A DNA stretch of 64,000 nt. Origin: a virus. Positions 38,804 to 44,881 of the stretch are shown one piece after another (position 1 is the stretch's first letter; the number at the start of each line of letters is the position of its first letter). Where the stretch lies: the IMG/VR virus record IMGVR_UViG_3300010158_000036, positions 45,332-109,331 of that record. One strand, 5' to 3'. A model generated the notes under the pieces. That model saw nothing but the letters and a program-made list of their open reading frames with translations. It did no database searches and was not told the origin of the DNA. The translations under genes and the position numbers were made by a program.

Positions 38804-38873
38804 TTTTGCGGTCAGATTTACTGACATCTATGGTTTACTACTCCCGTTGCTCTACACTTTGAGCTACTCAAAA
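38804..38873 (-). ncRNA. tRNA-like RNA with aberrant anticodon arm
   Basis: acceptor TTTTGAG/CGCAAAA, D-arm GCTC/GAGC, T-like arm GTCAG/CTGAC. Confidence 0.5.
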
Positions 38874-38879
38874 GAAAAA

Positions 38880-38980
38880 TGGCGCACGATCTGGTGTTTA
38901 AACCTCTCCTTATTTCGGTCCATCACTAAGCTTTTGTGAATCTTCGCCGAATAGGAAGCAATCTTGAGATTGCGTCGTGC
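38880..38980 (-). ncRNA. CCA-ended structured RNA
   Basis: GCACGA/TCGTGC-G-CCA closing stem with internal hairpins. Confidence 0.55.
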
Positions 38981-38992
38981 ATATAAAAAAAG

Positions 38993-39092
38993 AATTGTTA
39001 CCCACTACCAGGAAAACCGGAGGAACGATATATGTTGTAATCACTTCAACTTTACGTTCGCGGGCTGGATTTTTCTATGGTGCATCAACAAT
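38993..39092 (-). ncRNA. ~100-nt irregular rod-like RNA candidate
   Basis: AATTGTT/AACAATT ends, nested GAACG/CGTTC and GTTG/CAAC. Confidence 0.4.
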
Positions 39093-39158
39093 TGATTAGA
39101 TTATTCTTCTCCATAGAATACTCTATACATATGTAGCGTATAGAGGCAGGCAACAAAA

Positions 39159-39707
39159 TTAAGAGATTATTTCTAAGTCTTGATTATTAAACACAACTAC
39201 TGTATTATAACCACTTTCATTTATCATAATAGCAGAAACAGGAAGATGTTTTTTTATAATAATGTTGGATATTATCCAGTTTATTATTTCGCTGGTGGTA
39301 AAATAACCATCATCATAATCATTATTATCATATCTAGGTTCAATATGACTATCAATATTTAAATATACTTCATCTATATAACGATCACCCCCCTTAATAT
39401 CGGAAAGCACGTCTATAATAAAATCTTTTACTTCATTATAGTCAATATTATCATTTACATCAAAATCCGTTAAATCTAATACAGGTTGTGATGGAGTGAA
39501 TAATACTTTTACAAGAGCTCCACCTCGACTGGAATAATAATCAATTATTCCGTTCTTAGGTTCTGTAGCAAACCACAGTCCATGTTTTATCGGATCTATC
39601 TTAGATAATTTACTTAAACTTCCATGATATAATATCATTTCTTTAGTAGATTCCTGTAACACTGTTTCATTTAAGATATGACGAGCTACTTCAATTAATG
39701 TTTTCAT
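39159..39707 (-). CDS. ADP-ribosyltransferase-like protein (ART-PolyVal-like), late
   Basis: LYHGS, GLWFA, PVLDL, E...VVVFN; TATAAATA at 39714. Confidence 0.6.
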   Translation of the reverse strand: MKTLIEVARHILNETVLQESTKEMILYHGSLSKLSKIDPIKHGLWFATEPKNGIIDYYSSRGGALVKVLFTPSQPVLDLTDFDVNDNIDYNEVKDFIIDVLSDIKGGDRYIDEVYLNIDSHIEPRYDNNDYDDGYFTTSEIINWIISNIIIKKHLPVSAIMINESGYNTVVVFNNQDLEIIS

Positions 39708-39716
39708 ATATTCTAT

Positions 39717-40451
39717 TTATACTTGAGCTTTAAATATTGTCAAACATTTTACTGACTCAGCACCAGCTTCTTGTAATGTTTGAAAAATAGATACTAAACT
39801 TGAACCGGATGCAATAACATCATCAATGATTAACACTTTCTTACCCTCAAATTTCTTTGCATTGCCAGTATACGAAAACACATTCTTGAGAAACTTTCTG
39901 TAAGGAGGAAGAACCCATTTCATTTGAAAATACCCAAGTTTTACACCTCTCCGAATAGATGACTCTAATTTCTTAATAGTAGAATCTGATAACTTCTTTG
40001 ATTCAAGATCTAGTGTAATTTTGGAAGGATCTTCAGCTTTTACAAAAGAATCTAGAAGAAACTCAATTCCTGGATTTCTTTCTTTAATTTTCTGGGCGAA
40101 ATCTTTAGTTAAAGATGAAGATGATTTCGGAGTAACAATGATATCGACATTTAAATCTCGAATAATTTTTGTTGCATACACAGCCGATCTATTAAGAAAC
40201 TGATTATAGGCACTAACATCAATATGCATAGCTTTCAAGCGTTTAAGAATGATTGTTGCATCTGCCCCTTTTGAAGTATATAAATTAAAAACATCCAATG
40301 TAATACCTTCAATATTTTTTGTGTGTGGTTTTAATTCACTTTTACCGAATCTTAGATTGATTAGATCTCCAGCTTTAGACTCATAATCAATAATAACTTG
40401 ATTATCGGAATTCAATGTCATTGATTCCACGAATTGCAGAAATGATTTCAT
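39717..40451 (-). CDS. type I phosphoribosyltransferase-fold protein, late
   Basis: VLIIDDVIASGSS PRPP loop; likely start MKSFLQFVE after TATAAATA at 40456. Confidence 0.85.
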   Translation of the reverse strand: MKSFLQFVESMTLNSDNQVIIDYESKAGDLINLRFGKSELKPHTKNIEGITLDVFNLYTSKGADATIILKRLKAMHIDVSAYNQFLNRSAVYATKIIRDLNVDIIVTPKSSSSLTKDFAQKIKERNPGIEFLLDSFVKAEDPSKITLDLESKKLSDSTIKKLESSIRRGVKLGYFQMKWVLPPYRKFLKNVFSYTGNAKKFEGKKVLIIDDVIASGSSLVSIFQTLQEAGAESVKCLTIFKAQV

Positions 40452-40469
40452 TTTGTATTTATAAGAAAG

Positions 40470-40540
40470 TGGTGGAACTGCCGGGAATCTCACCCGGATC
40501 CACAACATTATTCATGTTATGTCGAAATAAATTCAGCCCC
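40470..40540 (-). ncRNA. minimal tmRNA: tRNA-like domain only, no tag ORF
   Basis: GGGGCUG-AAUUUAUUUCGA-CAUAACAU(GAAUA)AUGUUGUG-GAU-CCGGG(UGAGAUU)CCCGG-CAGUUCC-ACCA; G3:U70. Confidence 0.8.
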
Positions 40541-40550
40541 TTTTTTAAAA

Positions 40551-40624
40551 TGGCATAGCATGTAGGTAACGATCCCACGCCAAGAAGTTTGGAATTTCTG
40601 GTTCTACCATTGAACTAATGCTAT
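40551..40624 (-). tRNA. tRNA-Trp(CCA)
   Basis: cloverleaf, loop UU-CCA-AA, encoded CCA. Confidence 0.85.
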
Positions 40625-40633
40625 ATTTAAAAA

Positions 40634-40707
40634 TGGTCCGCGCCATGCCAACGCACATGGATAGGCAGATTCGCAGTCTGCGACATTACTCTTATGCTAC
40701 GCTCGGT
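40634..40707 (-). tRNA. atypical tRNA, anticodon GCG (Arg, or Cys-derived)
   Basis: GCAGA-CU-GCG-AA-UCUGC; imperfect acceptor stem and T-loop. Confidence 0.55.
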
Positions 40708-40714
40708 TTAAAAT

Positions 40715-40789
40715 TGGTGCCTCTAGTAGGAGTTCAACCTACTTCATCAGTTTCGAAGACTGAGGTCCTATTCGGTAGACGATAGAGGC
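40715..40789 (-). tRNA. tRNA-Arg(UCG)
   Basis: cloverleaf, CU-UCG-AA, CCA. Confidence 0.9.
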
Positions 40790-40798
40790 ATATGAAAA

Positions 40799-41023
40799 TT
40801 ACTCATTAGACAAACTATATGAATGCACTGCATTATAACCTGCAATCCAAATTCCAAGAACATGTTCAAGATTTTCTGGAGTTGTTTCAAGATTTAATTT
40901 TTTAAGAACCTTCTTAATAATATTTTTATCTACTTGAGTCAATCCCATGAAATTATGAACTAATCCACCTCTTTCTGATAAGACAGCTTCAGCGGCTTCT
41001 GATATTGATGATCGTTGTAACAT
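40799..41023 (-). CDS. small late protein in tRNA array
   Basis: TATAAATA at 41029; EAAEAVLSE motif. Confidence 0.65.
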   Translation of the reverse strand: MLQRSSISEAAEAVLSERGGLVHNFMGLTQVDKNIIKKVLKKLNLETTPENLEHVLGIWIAGYNAVHSYSLSNE

Positions 41024-41178
41024 AATATTATTTATATATTTTGAGAAACTTTCTATTGCTGGATAGAACATGAAATTAATTCCTATGTCCTGAATCTAAC
41101 AGATCAAGATAAGGCATACAAGCCACAAGCTACCCGTTCTACATATAGTGTCGGACCTCTTGAATAACATAAGAAAAA

Positions 41179-41254
41179 TGGCGGAACCGACCAGTTTTGA
41201 TCTGGCTGCCTCCTAAGTGACAGTTAGGTGCTCTCCCGATTGAGCTACGGTTCC
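41179..41254 (-). tRNA. tRNA-Asp(GUC)
   Basis: cloverleaf, CU-GUC-AC, G73, CCA. Confidence 0.92.
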
Positions 41255-41260
41255 GTAAAG

Positions 41261-41335
41261 TGGTCCCGGTGGAGAATTTTGAAATCTCAACCTATCGCTT
41301 ATCGAGCAATTACTCTGCCTTTGAGTTACACCGGG
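41261..41335 (-). tRNA. tRNA-Ile(GAU)
   Basis: cloverleaf, UC-GAU-AA (C33), CCA. Confidence 0.85.
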
Positions 41336-41345
41336 AATTAAAAAG

Positions 41346-41419
41346 TGGTACTCCTAACCGGGCACGATCCGGTCTCTAATCCTTGAAAGGGATTTGTTCT
41401 ACCGCTAAACTATAGGAGC
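41346..41419 (-). tRNA. tRNA-Glu(UUC)
   Basis: cloverleaf, CU-UUC-AA, CCA. Confidence 0.9.
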
Positions 41420-41434
41420 ATATTGAAAATTTAA

Positions 41435-41536
41435 TTAGTGTTGAAAGAATCAAACTTTCTCTTCAGTAATTGTTTACTAATCCTATCGGACAAGAAACCC
41501 TTTGCTAGGGGCGTGCTATCATTACACTAAACACTA
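41435..41536 (-). ncRNA. tRNA-like RNA lacking a normal anticodon loop, two extra hairpins
   Basis: 7-bp acceptor, D-arm, T-arm GAAAG-UUUGAUU-CUUUC; CCCU-AGCAA-AGGG in anticodon position. Confidence 0.6.
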
Positions 41537-41539
41537 AAT

Positions 41540-41631
41540 TGGCGGAAGAAGTGAGATTTGAACTCACGGGAGTTTTAAGGCTCCTCTAGTTTTCAAGACT
41601 AGCGCAATAAACCAGGCTCTGCCATCCTTCC
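41540..41631 (-). tRNA. tRNA-Ser(UGA)
   Basis: long variable arm, CU-UGA-AA, CCA. Confidence 0.93.
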
Positions 41632-41639
41632 ATTAAAAT

Positions 41640-41713
41640 TGGTGCCCCTAGCAGGAATTAAACCTACGTTCTCGCTTTAGAAGAGCGGAGTCCTTTCATT
41701 AGACGATAAGGGC
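41640..41713 (-). tRNA. tRNA-Arg(UCU)
   Basis: cloverleaf, CU-UCU-AA, CCA. Confidence 0.9.
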
Positions 41714-41726
41714 CATATATTAAAAT

Positions 41727-41801
41727 TGGTACACCCGCCGATAATCGAAATCGGTTAGTCGGATTAAAAGTCCGGTACATCGCCAGCAATGTTTCGAGTG
41801 C
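41727..41801 (-). tRNA. tRNA-Lys(UUU)
   Basis: cloverleaf, CU-UUU-AA, CCA. Confidence 0.88.
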
Positions 41802-41829
41802 ATTTTTGAAAATTAAAAAAGATGATATT

Positions 41830-41891
41830 GTGAGTGCAGATTTGAACTGCTCTTCCCCTTAGGATGTGCTTCCGAGTTACACCATATTCAC
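41830..41891 (-). ncRNA. tRNA-like RNA with shortened anticodon arm
   Basis: D-arm GUGU/GCAC, UCCU-AAG-GGGA, T-arm GCAG-UUCAAAU-CUGC. Confidence 0.5.
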
Positions 41892-41900
41892 TCATCATCA

Positions 41901-41966
41901 GAGAGTCACTCAAACATTTGTACTTCATGTTTGGCATTGGTAATTACTCAATGCAAAGTGACTCTC
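41901..41966. ncRNA. three-way-junction RNA candidate
   Basis: GAGAGTCACT/AGTGACTCTC enclosing two hairpins. Confidence 0.5.
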
Positions 41967-41977
41967 GTTAAAATTAA

Positions 41978-42154
41978 TTCTGTATGTATATGAACTTTTC
42001 TACGCCTCTTCGGTTTTAACTACTTTGCAGTTTATTAGGAATTGCGAACCTAATAAGAGTATTCGTTATTAATCTAAAGGAACTCATCGCATTGAGTTTC
42101 TCCAACGTATTTCATTGTTTGTACCTTATTGCTAAGGTTTTTTGCCATACAGAA
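41978..42154 (-). ncRNA. ~175-nt multi-hairpin RNA candidate
   Basis: TTCTGTATG/CATACAGAA ends, four internal hairpins including a GCAA loop. Confidence 0.5.
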
Positions 42155-42161
42155 AAAGGGA

Positions 42162-42233
42162 CTCCCAAGGTTGGTAACGCTCCAACTACCTAGTGTTTAA
42201 CAGACACCCGCTCTGCTAGTGAGCTACTTGGGA
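42162..42233 (-). tRNA. tRNA-Asn(GUU)
   Basis: cloverleaf, CU-GUU-AA, no encoded CCA. Confidence 0.88.
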
Positions 42234-42241
42234 TTTAAAAA

Positions 42242-42328
42242 TGGTGGGTACCGGACGTTACGCTCGTCTCCCCCGTGAAAGGAAGTGTTTTACAGACACT
42301 CTTCAGGAACTACCTGATTTCGTTACCC
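42242..42328 (-). tRNA. tRNA-Tyr(GUA)
   Basis: CU-GUA-AA, long variable arm, CCA; atypical D/T loops. Confidence 0.75.
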
Positions 42329-42360
42329 ATGAAAGTTATTTATACAGAAAGAAAGTGGCA

Positions 42361-42447
42361 AGCTGAAGGTGAGATTCGAACTCACGTGAGGAATTGAATC
42401 CTTCCTGATTACAAAACAGGCGCCATCGACCACTAAGCGACTCCAGC
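42361..42447 (-). tRNA. tRNA-Thr(UGU) with long variable arm
   Basis: GCUGGAG/CUUCAGC, UU-UGU-AA, AGGA-UUCAAU-UCCU arm, UUCGAAU T-loop. Confidence 0.8.
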
Positions 42448-43146
42448 ATTATTATATAATTCAAAAAATTTCTTAAAAATAGGACCATTAAAGGATATAC
42501 CTATAGTACTAAATGCTTTACTCAAAACCCCATGTTTATCGTACTCTATTTTAAGGGCTTCAAAATTATCTTTAACTATATTAGGTTTTGCTAAACATTC
42601 ACACTTTCTAGAACAAAATCGCCTGGGGTATTTATTGGCAAATCGTTTTGAACAATTATCACATATATATTGAAGCTCGAATTCTTTCCACTTATTACGA
42701 CCTTTCACCCACCCAACAGGTATCGGAATCAATCTATTTACGCAAATATTTTCTTTTAATTCTATATTCGATATAAAATGATTTCCGAAATTTGGGTTAC
42801 GGTCTCCTTTATTTGCTATTTTCATTATCTCAGATGTATATTTCGCGCATTCAATCCTAATCCATTCATACAATCTGGCCGATTTTATAAAAGGTTTATC
42901 AGGATCATTCGAATTCTTTCTTTGCATATTATGCAGTGCGAATGAATTTTGAGAGCATCTTTGAAATCTTGCAAGTAACAAATGAGCCATATAATGTTCT
43001 CTCGCAGTCAAATTTACTCTATTGTGTTTATCATCAGAACCACCTAAAGATGATGGGATTATATGATGATTTTCCTTGTATCCAGAAGTTACTGGATTTT
43101 GTTGCCGATTTAATATAAGATCGTTATAGATTTTTTCATAGTTCAT
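42433..43146 (-). CDS. HNH homing endonuclease (MobE-like)
   Basis: MNY.KIY..LI, ENHHIIP.SLGGSD...N.V.LTAREH..AH.LL; CxxC..FCS..C; TATAAATA at 43153. Confidence 0.9.
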   Translation of the reverse strand: MNYEKIYNDLILNRQQNPVTSGYKENHHIIPSSLGGSDDKHNRVNLTAREHYMAHLLLARFQRCSQNSFALHNMQRKNSNDPDKPFIKSARLYEWIRIECAKYTSEIMKIANKGDRNPNFGNHFISNIELKENICVNRLIPIPVGWVKGRNKWKEFELQYICDNCSKRFANKYPRRFCSRKCECLAKPNIVKDNFEALKIEYDKHGVLSKAFSTIGISFNGPIFKKFFELYNNAGVA

Positions 43147-43170
43147 ATAATCTATTTATACTGAACTTAC

Positions 43171-43245
43171 ACTACCAAATTACAAATATTGCACTGCACT
43201 AGCCGGAGTACAAAACCGGTTCATCGCTATCTATGATTTGGAAGC
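43171..43245 (-). tRNA. degenerate tRNA-Thr(UGU) upstream of HNH gene
   Basis: CCGG-UUUUGUACU-CCGG arm and D-arm intact, 3' half eroded. Confidence 0.55.
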
Positions 43246-43335
43246 ATATAGAAAATGTTCGAGTTGCAGTTTAATGCTGTAGGGACCCGTCGCTCCTGTA
43301 AGGCAATGCACCACACATTGCAGATTATTTGAAAA

Positions 43336-43412
43336 TGGTTGCGGATGCATTCTCTGCCCATGCGATCTTCGCCTTATGAGGACGACGAGATGACTGGATT
43401 CTCCAATCCGCG
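43336..43412 (-). tRNA. tRNA-Met(CAU), initiator-like
   Basis: C1:A72 mismatch, CU-CAU-AA, CCA; atypical T-loop. Confidence 0.8.
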
Positions 43413-43440
43413 ATTATAGTTATTTATATCAAACAAAAAA

Positions 43441-43515
43441 TGGTCCCCCCGGTTGGTGCTGCCCCAACGACCTACCGATTATGAGTCGGGTGCTCTCCTG
43501 TTGAGCTACAGGGGG
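43441..43515 (-). tRNA. tRNA(CAU), elongator Met or Ile2
   Basis: cloverleaf, CU-CAU-AA, CCA. Confidence 0.88.
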
Positions 43516-43701
43516 ATATATATAACCTCTGAGGATTCCTGTACCCCGATTATTTCATACCGACCGAGTTATGTCGGAATCTTGAATGTTTTCTCTGTGA
43601 TTGATTCGAACAATCCCATCTTTCATCGTCACTCTATACTGCAAGGACGAGTTGAACGTCACCAATGTGTCATATTGCTCACCATGAGCTTCAAAGAAAA
43701 T

Positions 43702-43789
43702 TGGTACCGATGACGCGATTTGAACACACAAACTATTTAAAACGTGGGTTTTTAAGACCCAAGTGTATTTCCAGTTCCAACACATCGGT
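43702..43789 (-). tRNA. tRNA-Leu(UAA)
   Basis: CU-UAA-AA, long variable arm, CCA. Confidence 0.85.
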
Positions 43790-43804
43790 ATTTATTATAG
43801 AAAT

Positions 43805-43888
43805 TGGTGACCTGGATATCTCGTCATTATTACAATCAAGCGACCATCTTCTGGGTTTATTCGCTTTTATTTTGTGCAGACGCAGATC
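43805..43888 (-). ncRNA. CCA-ended non-tRNA small RNA candidate
   Basis: GAUCUG/CAGGUC-A-CCA closing stem, no cloverleaf. Confidence 0.4.
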
Positions 43889-43965
43889 ATTTATTATAGA
43901 AATTGGTTGGCTGGAACACATATTCATTTAACCCAGGTAATCAATGGGCACCATTATTTAATAAG

Positions 43966-44040
43966 TTGAGATATGGAAGATTCGAACTTCCTTGGGTAGC
44001 TGCGAAAGGCTACATGGTTGAGCTTGTCACCGGGCTTTTT
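43966..44040 (-). ncRNA. degenerate tRNA-like (Glu-like) sequence
   Basis: GUAGC-CUUUCGCA-GCUAC arm and GGAAG-UUCGAAU-CUUCC T-arm. Confidence 0.45.
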
Positions 44041-44164
44041 CTAGAATTAAAAATTTATCGGCTAACATTTTTGAAAAGCCGTATTGTTACAACCCACACT
44101 GGGGAGCAAATGGCAAATGTTTTTTTTGCAAATGGGCCGAAAAGCTCCTTCAGAAATTTAAGGG

Positions 44165-44178
44165 TATGTCAAAGATCG
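44165..44178 (-). promoter_or_regulatory. boxA-like antitermination element
   Basis: GATCTTTGACA ~60 nt downstream of tRNA-operon promoter. Confidence 0.6.
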
Positions 44179-44231
44179 GGGTTTGTAATCAACCAACTAA
44201 ATCAGTTTTTGTGAACTTAATTCAATCAGTC

Positions 44232-44278
44232 GCTTACGGGCTTATTGTAACAGGTTTTTACAAACTTGTAAACAATAA
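44232..44278 (-). promoter_or_regulatory. tRNA-operon promoter (repeat family)
   Basis: GTTTACA-N17-TACAAT-AAGCCCGTAAG. Confidence 0.85.
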
Positions 44279-44511
44279 AATAGAAAGAATTTATACACCA
44301 ATTCCTTTTGATTATCCGTTGTCCGTTTCCACTAAAGGATTGAGAGGCTGACAATAATCAAATGTGCTATTAAAATTAACGGGTGTTACCTTCTGTCATT
44401 TAACCAGCATCTCCTGGCACCGTTTTAAATTTATACAAGATCAGATACGGCAGCCTCTTGGAGGACTGGAGGAGACACTTAGAATCGAATTTCTTCAATT
44501 CTTGGTCACGG

Positions 44512-44550
44512 AGTTATTATAGCAGAATTTTCAGAGATCGTAAACAAGAA
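44512..44550 (-). promoter_or_regulatory. upstream tandem promoter for stable-RNA region
   Basis: GTTTACG-N17-TATAAT. Confidence 0.75.
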
Positions 44551-44564
44551 AGTTGAACTATTTT

Positions 44565-44762
44565 TTACAGACCATGTTCATGCCTCATTCCGAGGGCATG
44601 ACATTTTTGATAGGCTGCAAAAGACTTAGCTTCAAGATCGTGTTGACCTTGAGGAGTGACAAACACACTACCGAGATAGCGATCTTCTTGTTGAAGAGCG
44701 TAATTGTAATCAGTAAGAGCTTTCTTCTGCTCTTTAGTGAGACGTGCTTTTGTAGTTTTCAT
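44565..44762 (-). CDS. hypothetical early protein
   Basis: MKTTKARL start just after promoter. Confidence 0.7.
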   Translation of the reverse strand: MKTTKARLTKEQKKALTDYNYALQQEDRYLGSVFVTPQGQHDLEAKSFAAYQKCHALGMRHEHGL

Positions 44763-44767
44763 AGTCG

Positions 44768-44822
44768 GTTTCGTTATGGGCTTAATATACACCAAAATTC
44801 GGTCCGTGTAAACAAAAAAGTA
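44768..44822 (-). promoter_or_regulatory. early promoter (repeat family)
   Basis: GTTTACA-N17-TATATT-AAGCCCATAACGAAACC. Confidence 0.85.
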
Positions 44823-44881
44823 CGTAAAAGGAGAAAATAATTTAATTCCCTTGATTTCCAATGGGTTACGGCGACGAAAAT

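Noticed and set aside
40452-40508. ORF-track N-terminal extension of the PRTase
   Set aside because: It overlaps the mini-tmRNA; the late promoter at 40456 points to the ATG at 40451.
40470-40540. Ordinary tRNA-Ala or two-piece tmRNA
   Set aside because: No D-stem or 7-nt anticodon loop, and the ends are not permuted.
41087-41156. Possible extra tRNA-Tyr-like gene
   Set aside because: Only a short terminal stem and a weak T-like arm; no convincing cloverleaf.
43453-44351. Short ORFs across the tRNA region
   Set aside because: They overlap tRNAs, promoters and structured RNA, and have no protein motifs.
43250-44510. Theta/HDV-like or hammerhead ribozymes, RNase P, GOLLD or riboswitches beside the tRNAs
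   Set aside because: I could not fit the required core motifs by eye; a covariance-model search is needed.
2885-44870. Dispersed ~50-bp repeats as CRISPR array or IS ends
   Set aside because: They are kilobases apart, have exact -35/17/-10 geometry and precede operons; no cas or transposase genes.
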